Part shown: piece by piece, positions 1 to 11,198 of the stretch
Numbering within the stretch: position 1 is the first letter of the stretch
Layout: every line of letters begins with the position of its first letter
Source of the DNA: Marsupella aquatica
Taxonomy: Eukaryota > Plantae > Marchantiophyta
Length of the DNA: 64,000 bases
NCBI GenBank assembly: GCA_973895155.1
Contig: OZ316896.1
Coordinates: 3,820,738-3,884,737, forward strand
Reading direction: 5' to 3'
Notes under the pieces: generated by a model
What the model was told of the DNA's origin: nothing
The model's database searches: none
What the model saw: only the letters and a program-made list of their open reading frames with translations
Position numbers and translations under genes: made by a program

Positions 1-249
1 GCCAGAAAGCATTCATCTTTGGGAGAAATAACTCTTCCAAGTTTAATATAATAAACTAAAGATTTTCAAATGAAGGATACAGTGAGATCAAATCATGAAT
101 GCTTGACAAACGCGGCATGTCCTAAACCATCATTTCTCTGTGAAGTTATAATTGGTTTGGCTTAGATTATGTAGCTCCTGCTGTTTGTTATATTTCTCTC
201 TTCCCTTGTCCTAAAGGCTGATAGAAGCTTGGTGCTCTTCTGCGAGTCA

Positions 250-323
250 CAGCGAGTACTAGGAATAGAACTGAGGCTGATAGAAGCTTGGTGCTGCCTC
301 AGTTCTATTCCCAGTACTCGCTG
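250..323. repeat. Near-perfect hairpin, 28-bp stem with 18-nt loop
   Basis: 250-277 CAGCGAGTACTAGGAATAGAACTGAGGC is the reverse complement of 296-323 with one mismatch. The segment 274-295 is an exact 22-nt copy of 215-236. Confidence 0.9.
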
Positions 324-1001
324 CCCCTGCTTCTACAACATTAATTTCTCAGGAAACTTCGCCCATTTCACTTGTGTACCTACTTCCTCTTTTGAGGGCT
401 GAAGGTGTTTGATTTTCAAAGATAAATTCCAGTGTCCGGCACATTGTTTTTCGGATTCCAAATTGATCATTCTCACTACACAGCAAGAATTTCGGGGGTA
501 TCGTGCTCCAAATTTATTGAGAAGCTTACATGCGGCATTGTAAGCATGCTTGGCATTTATTGCAGTCAAGGTCCAAAATTGGCACAAATTGTGGCCAAAA
601 TTGACTGATTTGCCCCCATTTCCCCTTAGGAGGGTTGATAGTGGTGAGCTTGTATATGACTGAGTTCTACGAATCGAGCTAGAACTGGCAGGTTTTCTCC
701 ACGACATGCTCCCAAAAAATGGCGTCCTACATGACATTGTTCACAGCCGAAGGACATTGAAATCGCCGACTTTGGACGACTCTAAAAAATGGGAGGATCG
801 GCCAGAGCGGGCTAAGACAACGATAATGTTGCAATGCCTCACCCTGCAAATGAAATTGCACCACCTCTTCGACCTGTAAGAGCTCCACGATTGCGTAAAC
901 GATTTCGAGGAATTGGAACTTCCCTGCAAAAGAATTGCAACTCCAGTTCACGGAAGAATGGTGATTGATCCTGACTGCAACCAGCTGAGCCAATGCTGAC
1001 A

Positions 1002-1534
1002 CTATCTCAGCTTTCTAAGAATTGATTGCCTATCTATTTTTGAAGAATTCGCCTGGGACGCCCTCCGCTTTCTGTTGGAAGTAAGAGCTCCACTGCGATT
1101 CCGAGTGGAGTTCCGCTTCCGTGAACTTGTCGCCTGCACATGTGGAAGACACTACATCAGTCCCAAGCGGAAATCAATTATCACATTGCACAATCGAAGA
1201 GCTAGATTGAAGACTAGCACGATGAGGCGAGAACATGGCGAAACGAAAGACCTCCGAATGAGTTTACTACGTAATCAGCTGCTGTGAATCTGGCATTGTA
1301 AGCGTCATGACGTCCAATCCATCTGTGCGAAATCCCCTGGGACCGCCAAGGCAGAGAGCAAGAACTTACATCGGTCGAGAACAAATGCGTAATCTCCTTC
1401 AGCGGCATCCTGGACAACGGTCGAGACGGGACACCAGCTCTCCGCTGGACACTGGATTGCTCCGACAGCACGCTCATGTTTTCATCGTTCTCCCACCTCA
1501 TGCCTTCTAGTGTTGGCATCACTGATCGCGCCAT
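1002..1534 (-). CDS. Small two-exon protein (98 aa) with DEN motif, D-box and C-terminal LR tail; candidate APC/C-interacting protein
   Basis: Exon 1 1534-1370 (55 codons, ends STD|GTAAG). Exon 2 1133-1002 follows TGCAG with a CTGAT branch-like site upstream, phase 0, 43 codons + TAG. The product contains DENM, RMPLKEIT and basic clusters RKR/RKRR, and ends ILRKLR*. Confidence 0.65.
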
Positions 1535-1960
1535 AGCCCCAGACAGATCTTGTTGAAGGAGGTGATCCCGCTCACCTTGCTGGATATCGAATCCTGGAGG
1601 CTGCCTTCTCTCTAGGGAGACTGAGCTTTGTTCTCTCCGCCTGAGGTCGCCTCAATCGCGTTCTACAGAAGGAAGGGCCGAATGTTTCCTTCCACGCTCT
1701 AGATTGCAGACTTAAATTCAAGGCGATCACGAGGTCAGAGATAAGCTTCTCAGGCGACTCCTCTAGGCTCTGCGCATGAATTGAAGCATCTGCTGGGAAC
1801 AATAAATCTCACGAGTCCACAGCACCCTAGGACATCCAAACTCAAGGGAGCGCGGGCTTGGACAATCCAACGGGAAGTACTTTCGGATGTTCTCAAGATG
1901 TTCTCATCAAACGTCCGCAGAGAAATGCAGATAGGATTTGAGGCTCGTCGAGCGCTGCAA

Positions 1961-2370
1961 GTGACCGGTCAATGGCGAAACTGAAATGCGCCGGTTGGGA
2001 CTGGAAGAAGAACAACAGAGAGAGCTGGTACAACGTCGAGCTAAATCGAGAGAGGAATTACGGCCTCAAAGTGAACGGTCAAAATTGGCAAAACCGAAAT
2101 GCGCTAGTCGGGGCTAGACAAGAGCGAAGGAGGTCTGTGGAGCGTTGGGCGAATGGAGAGAAGAATTGATGCATGAAAGTGAACGGCCAATGGCTCCAAC
2201 TGGAATGTGCTGGACGAGGACTGGAGAACAACAGAACAACAACAGCTCTCGGAGGACCTTGAGCTAATTCGAGAGAGGAATTGAATGACAAGACCGGAAT
2301 GCGCTGGTCAGGGCTGGAGAGCAACAGAGGAGCAACAAGACCACTGAGCTAAAACGACAGAGAAACTGAA
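1961..2370. repeat. Diverged ~109-bp tandem repeat (4 units, alternating A/B types) upstream of the small gene
   Basis: Units start GTGA(A/C)CGG(T/C)CAA at 1961, 2071 and 2179, with a partial unit near 2290. Units 1 and 3 share GAGCTAAWTCGAGAGAGGAATT; units 2 and 4 share AATGCGCTRGTCRGGGCT. Confidence 0.75.
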
Positions 2371-2426
2371 AGGTAGGGCAGGGCAGAAAGCAGTGCCGCT
2401 ACGATGGCAAAAGGAGGGGAGAAGCG

Positions 2427-2434
2427 TTTATATA
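2427..2434 (-). promoter_or_regulatory. Putative TATA box for the minus-strand small gene
   Basis: The minus strand reads TATATAAA, followed by pyrimidine-rich leader-like sequence. Confidence 0.45.
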
Positions 2435-2919
2435 CAGCTGCGGCGACCATGCCGTGCAATGGAATGGAAGGGGAAAAAGGCTTGGGATGGCGCGAAGCAC
2501 CGATTGAACGATCGAAGCACGAAGCACGAGGGAGGGAGGCAGTTGAATACGGAATGAATGAGGCAAGGCCAGGCTAGGCTAGGCCATGCGAGGGAGCAGG
2601 ACGAGCAGACATTCATTCCCGCGACCTTTTCCAGTGCGAGCTGCAGCAGGATTTCCGGCCGCCATTATAGAACCCACCATGTCTTCAAATTGGCACGCAT
2701 CAATCCGAGAAGCTCGAATCGAAGATGGGCGCGAGCGAGCAAGGGAGCATGAGGAAATTCAGGAGGGAGATCCGAGATCGAGAGGGAAAAGATGGAGATC
2801 GAGAGGGAAAGAGAAAGAGAGAGAGAAAAAGGGAGGGAAATGGAAAAAGGGAGGGACTGACTGACGATCTGACCCTCATCATGCATTCTTTTGGTGCGAA
2901 ACTTTGAAACTTGAAACTT

Positions 2920-2972
2920 GGGAATGAATGAATGAATGGGAATGAATGAATGTGAATGAATGTGAATGAATG
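2920..2972. repeat. (GAAT)n microsatellite
   Basis: Imperfect GAAT/GTGAAT run. Confidence 0.9.
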
Positions 2973-3230
2973 ATGTTCACATTGTATTACCGTAGGTCAA
3001 CGACTAGAAGGGCTACAGTCGAAACTAAATTATGGCTTTTCACATGAAGTTCATTTTCTGTAGTCTGTAGTCTGTACCCTCAAACATCGACAACACTAGT
3101 AACAGTAGTGCAGTACCGTATGTTTCGGGACCATTGTTTAAAATGATGTATTTTTTGGGGGTCAGCAGCATTTATGGACTCTTAACCTCTTGGTTTTGGC
3201 TCTGCTCATGGTCCGTGGTTTACTTGGGTA

Positions 3231-3372
3231 CTGGTAAGTGCACATCATTTCCTTGGGTCCCGGTAATTGCATATCAAAATATGACATATACAAAGGTTCC
3301 TTGAAATCCTGGTAACTGCACATCATTTCTTTGGGATCCTGGTAATTGCATATCAAACTATGACATATACAA
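3231..3372. repeat. ~79-bp tandem duplication
   Basis: CTGGTAAxTGCACATCATTTCxTTGGG...GGTAATTGCATATCAAAxTATGACATATACAA occurs twice. Confidence 0.85.
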
Positions 3373-3901
3373 TATATGATATCTTTCCATACTATGATTT
3401 TATTTAAATCAATGAGTGCACACCATATATTAGAATATTGTGATGTGTGATTAGCTAAGGGGTTTCCTTGGACCTAGGTGGCTGACTCGCAAATAGGTGG
3501 ATTACCATTTGTGACTAAACTGGTACTTTCAGACTGGGCATTCTTTCACGGCCCTTTGGGTTAAAGATGCCTTATTCAAACCAATTTCTTTCATTTCTGT
3601 GTATTCTTCTTCATGACCATCTAGAGGCAAACATGGCAAATATGATGCTCTGGCTGCATTTTTTTTTGCCTTGAAAGAACCAAATGAATTGTGTGTTTTG
3701 TATGTCGGCTCTGGCTGCATCTTGGCTCTTGGGTGATTTGGCTCTTTAGCCTTCCTAGAAAATTTCCTCTGTTTTTTCCCTTTATTGGATTCTTTTCCGC
3801 TTTGGGATCATATCTGGCAGGATTGTAGCTTTAATTCTTTGCAGTTTTATTAATGTATCATGACCCTCCTATGATGTTAGTGGTGAGCTTCGATCTTGAA
3901 G

Positions 3902-4021
3902 TTTTTTTTTTTCTAAAGGGGAATCTGTGAACTCACACAGAAAGGAAGTCAATCACAACATTTGAACTCAATACCTATCAGTCTCCACTCAAGTAAGCTA
4001 CCACATAGCCATGTCTCTCTG
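3902..4021 (-). mobile_element. tRNA-derived SINE-like element, family 1 copy 1
   Basis: The minus strand has an A-box-like TGGCTATGTGG, a B-box-like GAGTTCAAAT and a poly(A) tail (T run 3902-3912). A homologous copy lies at 40866-40990. Confidence 0.65.
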
Positions 4022-4055
4022 AGTGTCCATGTCTCTCTGAGTGGGCCTTACTAGT

Positions 4056-4205
4056 GAGCTATAGAACATCTGGAAGGCTTTACGTTATTTACTTAGTGTA
4101 TAGGCATTACTCCAATTCCTTACTCTATAGAGAGCTGTAGAATATCTGGAAGGCTTTACCTTCTTTCCTTAGTGTATAGGCTTTACTCTTGATCCTTACT
4201 CTATA
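4056..4205. repeat. ~76-bp tandem duplication
   Basis: GAGCTRTAGAAYATCTGGAAGGCTTTAC...CTTAGTGTATAGGC...CCTTACTCTATA occurs twice. Confidence 0.85.
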
Positions 4206-7200
4206 CATTACCTGTATCCCGTAATGAGAGTCTTTTTCTTATCGTCTATTTGTACAATGAGTTGTATGCCAAAATGCCAGCCCAATGGTTACTGATATTT
4301 TCATACCTACTTAAATAGGGCTTCATTGGATTATAAGAATGAAATCTACTATTTATAGTCAATGAGCTACGTAGTCCCTTAAATAGAGCTTTGTAACCAA
4401 AAAAAAATCCAGTAAGCTGACAATGAAGTAGTATTCCGGTAACCCACTTGGGATGACTTTATGGCCGACCTGATGGACAACACAGCATTAGACTGTCAGT
4501 ACTGTAAAAGCTACATATGCTCTTACCCTGCTTTTCAATTTGAGTTCCTTTGTGGTTGTGTGGGACTCTCAGTTTTTTTTGGCTTGGATTTTATAGATTG
4601 TTACCTTTTTCATCGTCACAATCTATTAAACCCTTTTAAATATCACAACTTGCTACGTCTAATTATTTCACAACTTTCCCCCTTTTAAAATCTATCACGA
4701 CTTGTCATCTCTCAAAAATTGCTTATTACAATTCCAATTTTTTTTGTCACAGGTTAACACCTTAAGCCTGGCTTAGCAAAAAGAGATGTTATGGCCATGA
4801 GATCAAACAATCTCATGGTTTCCATTACCCTCAAATCCAGATTCACACACCCCCACTACTGCACCTCTAAGGCATGTTCCTGATCTGTGAATCTAATTGA
4901 GGCTGTTGATGCATGGCCTCAAAGTCATTTTATTTGTTTGATTAGATCTCAGTTACTTTGGCTTTAGAAGATGTTGGGGGCACTTGTGACTTTGTCTCAG
5001 CAAAGCAAACTAGGAGGTCACTTCTTATGATGTAGACAGACTCAATGCTTTCAAAAATCTTTGGGAATGAAGTTCAATAAATGCAAATCACTTCTTGGGC
5101 CCTACCAGCTTGCAATGTAGCATTGGTAGCCACCCTACTTGACTGGGCCCACTCGTGCAGGTTGTGAGTCATTTTCTTCTACAAGTCACCGGAGGCTATA
5201 AATGTTGTCCATTTAGCAAGTGCGCGGTGGCTACCGGTACCCGGATGGTGCAGGTTCGCTGCCCACAGAATGAAGCTAAATAAGTGGACCCTAAATCCAA
5301 TGCTCTACATCAATTCTTCAATTACTTGTTTAAATTCAGTGATTCAATTGCATTAAATATGCACAAGGGTATTTTTTCCTCATGTACTAAGTAAACTAAT
5401 GTCATGTATTGCATACTGATGTCAATAGTAGGTGATGTTGGATGAAAATGTTGTCGAGCTTAAGTGAGATGGTCATGCTGCAAACCGGACAATGCAGGGA
5501 GTAGGCCTCAAAGCTAGCTTTCAACGTGTGAGGGAGAGTGACGATTTGGGCATGAAAAACTTGTACAATAGCACATTGGGATCCATCTCATGGCTAGAAA
5601 AAGTTGTCACCATAATCCAGCAGCCAAGGAGGCTTCTTGTCAAAAACAGACCTGAAATAGAAAGAGCGGGATTCCATATGATTGCGTTTAGAAACAACAA
5701 AAAGCCATTGACAAGTGTAACTATGTGTAAAGGAAACAACAATTGGTGCTAGAATAAGTGTTGAAAACCCTACCTTAGGTATAACTTCCTACGGTTTTTT
5801 GAAATATATAGTGAGTGTTTTCTAAATTTTGGGACTTAGCCTAACCTACATATGATCCAGTCAAACTTATTGATATGGTGGTATTTTACTGAACAGTGTG
5901 ATTCTAATGATGAATATTTCTCTTATCAAAGGTACATGACCTATTTTTCAAAGAAGATAATTATATACTACCAATTCCTTTTCTTTTAACTTTAGGATAT
6001 ACATTTATGTTGCTATGTGCATTAGAATTAAATACTTAACTGAAATATTTATATTTTGTAGATGCAATTGTTTTATGTTCTGTAGTTCACCCCTTGTAGA
6101 TAATTTTAGCATAATCCTAGTGATCAGTCTAGATATTTAGACATGGATGGGTGGATGGGTATTTGGTATTTGGTTTATTGTAGAACTATAATCATAAAAT
6201 AAGATATAGCAAATGGGATACTTTGAGAGTTGGAGGGATAATATAATTGTGTATATACTACGTATACGATATATTGGAGAAATTAAGATGACTTTTTGAA
6301 ATGAGAATAGGTGTAAAAAACTAGTATTCTGTAATTTGGCCTCTATGCCTACTCAATTCGAACGCGCAGTCAAACTAATACGTTGTGCACCACACGCGCT
6401 TGTGTTAGTTGTAGATTATATAAAAATGTACATAACTATGAAACCAGTTATATTTTCGCCTTTTTAGTTCCCAACCTTATTTTTAATATCACCTGTCCAA
6501 GACAATATAATTAAGGTTTAATAAAAGTATTTAATGTTTAAAAAGCAAGAGAGAATTTTTTCCTCAGAAGTATTGAAATATATTAGCTGAAGTAAACACA
6601 AGTAATGTTGGGGATCAAGACAATAATAAATTCAAGCAACTCAAAAAATATACTTATGTGATTAAAAATCTTTACGGATCCCACTAGAGGTCCCTTCCAA
6701 AATTTGAGACTCCACAGCATGCCATGTCATCATGACGTGCTCCAAACAGGTATGGATTGGTCATTCAAAAAATCTTACAACAACAAGAACATATATAATA
6801 GTTTGGCACCCTTCTGCAACAAGTCAAGTTTTCTGGCATGAGTCTTTTTATTAATAAAACACTCTGTGTGCCATCGGAAACTACATAAAGTATCTTTTAT
6901 GGCCTCATAGTGCCACTGATTGAAATCATTTTACTCAGTTTCCTATATATCTGAATTATTCATGGCCTCATAGGACCACTTGCTCTGGTACTAGCTTCTT
7001 CAGGGTGGGGGCGGAGACGGTACAGCCAGCCCATCTCCAAGATAAGCTAGTGGACTCAAGTTATGTCTGTTAAATAATAGATTATTGACCCTGATCCATT
7101 CTGGGCCCCATATTTTAAATTGGTGACCTTGTAGTCTTGGTGGCGTCCAGAGCTCCAGCTCTTGGTTGGCGTGTGCTCTAAGCCCTGGTTTCACCACAGT

Positions 7201-7824
7201 TGTCCTTGGAATTCCATTGGCTAATTTCAGAAAACTATAGCAAAGAAAAACTGGTATGATTAACATTAAGATCACAAAACTAATATTTTTTGTGTTTCTA
7301 AAACTATTGTGTGAGTTAGGCTTAAAATCTTACTAGTAGAGTGGGATTCAAATATATTCTTGAGGGCTACTATCTGCCAAGAAGCCATCTATTCTTCAAA
7401 GCTAGCTGCCTACTACTTAGAGTGAAGCCTCTACATGGTGACTCTAATTAGATAACTCAAAATGTATACATGAAACAAGCATGAGAGAACGTTTAGCAAA
7501 AAATTAGCTAATTAATTTAATTTTGCAAGATATTTTACTTCATCATTGGTTCCTTTCAAGAAAGTTAAGTTCAGATGGACCAAAGAGTTAGGTTTGCCCA
7601 TCCCCATGGACTGTGACACACACTGTTTTCGGGACTGTTTCACTTCACACCCAAAAACTACATTAGGCTGGGCTATTAGAAACACAATTAGTTTTTTAGA
7701 AGGATGTCCCTGTCCAAGTAGTTTTTCCAGGTTTCATGATCAACTATGAAATGCTAGTTTTCAGCAAAATTCTGCATTTATTTAAACCACAACTGCCCTT
7801 CAAAAGCTACGGGTTACCCACAGT

Positions 7825-8215
7825 TACCATTAAAAGTAGATTTTTCCTGAAATTGTGGAGCAAACTGGCATGCTAAAGGAGAAGAGTGATTGAAATGTGG
7901 AAAAAGGGGGAGGTCTTGGATACTTCCCCTTATATAGGGCAAGTTGTGGTTTAAACAACTTTTGGATCTCTAACTCAGCTCAAAAGTTTCCAGTTTAATC
8001 TATAATTACCCGACAAAGTTTCATTTTTTTCTGGAACCATTTAATTGGTCTATTGTTGATGAGTGCAAAGATGATCAAATATTATAAACTAACCATCACA
8101 GGACGCTTCACTTTTGTGAAGAACATCCTCAATACTTGGGGAGCACCACTTTACCATTTTGGGAAAGGACGCTTCACTTTTATGAAGAAAGCTCTGAGTA
8201 GTTTGAGTGAGCCAC
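7825..8215. repeat. Dispersed repeat (TE relic)
   Basis: 7825-7950 resembles 32003-32120 (CCTGAAATTGTGGAGCA). 7975-8215 matches 18760-18970 in inverted orientation (ATCAAATATTATAARCTAACC, TTTTGTGAAGAACA, AGTTTGAGTGAGCCAC). Confidence 0.75.
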
Positions 8216-9332
8216 TACTTAAAGATCAATATGATTGAGTGAAAACTGTAACGAGTACTATTTGAGCAGAGTTTGATGTTATAAGTCAATCTATCCCAGC
8301 TTTGAAAATCCATGCATTGGGGGCTTCATAGCAAACCCTTGTGGTAAATGCTTGAATGATGGGACCCCTGCCAAAAGAAATTTAGGTGATAGGCCTTATA
8401 AAACTTTTGTACAAACTAGGCTCCCTTTGACACTTTTGTGTCAAATGTACTTGTAAAGTTCTTATAAGACCAGGTATAAGACTAGAAGTTTAAGCTTAAT
8501 ATTATCACCAATAAGAGCTCCTGAAAAGTTTAGAGTCAAACCATGCTTAATGACAAGCTACACTGTTGGTGGAACTGTGGAATAATGGCGATCATCGTCT
8601 GAATTGCAAGTTCCTAAGTGTAGAGAATATGGTTCTTGTCTTCAGGTTTGAATTTTGTCTATATGGTGTTTCATGAAACCTATGCACCGAGCTATGCACA
8701 GGGTTTGCATGATGTTTCAACATTTCTCTTTGTTCTTTTGTCTAAGCATGCAATGAATCCTCTACTTTTCGCCATTGGTCCCTATTGCAAAGTTTTAAAA
8801 TAATTGTCTTCTCACATCTAGACCATTTCACATCTCATTTCTAGACATCATGAAAGGAATCAAGGATCATTTACTCTAAGTGGCTGTTTTCCTTTGTTGT
8901 AACTTTCAAAAGCTTTGAGGGACTAGAGGATATTCCTGCACTTATCCAAGGGATTTCCCTTATACACGGCAGAACCTAAAGCAACAAGGGAAGGAAGGAG
9001 CAGCTACCAGCCTCACTTTATGCATGGTCCGACCGGAGTAAGTGGGGAACAAAGACATCATCAACCGAAAATTTTGCTAGCTGCAAGACCTAGACTGAAC
9101 ATTTAGATTAAATATTGTGCGAATCCACTATCATGTAAGGGTGGATCCCTTAAAACTCTATAAGCATGTGAACCCATGTAAGGGACCTAATTGGTAACCT
9201 ATGAATGGACCTGATTGGTAATAATATTTTTGTGGGGATACTAGTTTAACAAAAATTTAGTACGGGCATGTTAGCTAAATTTATTTTGGCAAGGGTACTA
9301 TCAAGCGTATACTTACAAACCCCGGGCTTGGG

Positions 9333-9469
9333 TCCATCCAGGTTTTAGTTTCTTCCTTTCAAGGAAAAGGCAGTGAGGCTATTTTATAATTTATTTATTG
9401 ATTCCATCCAGGTTTTACTTTCCTCCTTTCAAGGAAAGGGCAATGACAGAGGCTATTTAATTATTGATT
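9333..9469. repeat. ~70-bp tandem duplication
   Basis: TCCATCCAGGTTTTAxTTTCxTCCTTTCAAGGAAARGGCARTGA occurs twice. Confidence 0.85.
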
Positions 9470-10857
9470 TCGCTAACAGGATAATACTACGCTGTCCCTC
9501 ACCGTACGGGTAGCTAGAGTAGACTCGCCTCGCAACGCCCGTGATAATAATAATAATAATATCGGTCCAGATTCAGCTCCAGCCTTGGTCCTACGGAGGT
9601 ACAAGTTCTAGACCATCATCCTCTTCATGATGTCCTCAATTCACTCTAGAAAACATCTCGCAAGCAAACACCTCACCGGCGAGATCGTACGCTTCAGTCT
9701 AGCATTTGGTTCTAACCACCTTGCCAACCATCTTGTGAAGTATCGCAGCCAAGATAAGAATCAACAGATGATACATCTGGGCTTGCTAACGAGTTTGACC
9801 AAATAGCTTTCGCCTGAAACAGTTGAGGATCAATTCATTGCTTTCTCATCAGTGGCAAAAGTTGACCCCGAGTTTTGGAGACGTCAGTATCGCAGCACTG
9901 ATGTAAAGTAACGATTAAGAATCTACTCCTAGGAATTATGTATCAGGAAATACCCTCTCGATCACTGTGTCATTTCAATTCAGTTCGATCCCAATGTGCA
10001 GTGACCGTCCCAAGCGGGGTCCGAAGCACAGAAAATTCTCACGTTTCAAGTCTGGGATCGTAAAATAATGGATGAATGAATGTGAAGCACTGGATCGCAA
10101 ATGAACCACTGATCGACCCTTACTGCGGATGTTAGACTGAACAACGAGTTTGGCTCGTCATTGGGATCGGAAGGGATCGATTTATGTTTAGATCAAGATG
10201 GACAATCTTATCAAATGAGTGACGAGTAGGATTCAATAATCACCATCTGATGCCCTCAATTAATTAGAACCACGGCTCCCCTGGCTGCAAAATACTTGCA
10301 TATTGATAGAACACAAGACAGCTGGACAGTAGCAACGTGCACAATCCTCGATCTATGGTTTTCCCATGTCAGTTATCAATCCGCGTGGCTTGGAGTTGGT
10401 GGCAGGCTCTACAAATTGAAGCCGTCTCAGTTCCAATGTTCGTTAGGCCCGACGTTAGGACTGGAAATCGATTTCGGATCGATAAAGAGGGCGCAATTTA
10501 GACTGACCCGCCTAGAGAATGATGACAAGTTGAAAAAAGATTCTCAAGTCGGTGTTGAAGCTTGATGCTCGTTACACTCAATCGCTCCTTCATCACGTAA
10601 GTACTCAGTACAATATGTAGACACTAGAAATATGCACACATGGAGCTTGTGGTGGTTGGGAAATGAGTCGTGGGCGACGTTGAGCGTCGAAGCTCTGAGT
10701 TACCTTTCTAGTGAGCTGCATTCTGACTGCCATATCCGATCGCTTCCCATCGCAATGTCCTCAACGACTTGCACCACACTCATTCGCATAAATCTTCGTT
10801 TGTCTTTGTGCAACCGTAACTACGTACATAGGAATCCAAATGTGGACAGTGTGCAGT

Positions 10858-10865
10858 GCATATTC
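10858..10865. promoter_or_regulatory. P1BS-like motif about 335 bp upstream of the NPF ATG
   Basis: GCATATTC fits GNATATNC. The motif is short and could occur by chance. Confidence 0.35.
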
Positions 10866-11198
10866 CCCCATCGATCACTGTGGCAAGAGAGGATCTAGTG
10901 GGCCGAGGACAAGCCAGCAAAACTGGGTCTTTGCTCCGCACGGCTACGTAACTTCTCCATGCTATTGTGAAAGTAAATGTCTACGTACCTGAGCTGTGTT
11001 GCATGAATTCAGAGGGCCCATCTCGACCAGTTCGTGACAGCTTGAGTCATCTTGAGCTCTTTTATTCCCGTCTGCCGGGTCGGTTGGTGACGGCATCTCT
11101 CTGGGCATGCATTGTCCCCTTTTCTGTGCGCTGCACTTTTGTACCTTGAATTTTTCTTTACTTTTATAAGAGCACGCCTTCCGGTGCGAAAGGACAAG

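Noticed and set aside
8928-8935. Distal P1BS match GGATATTC
   Set aside because: It is 2.3 kb from NPF in repeat-rich DNA, and a six-fixed-base motif occurs by chance every few kb.
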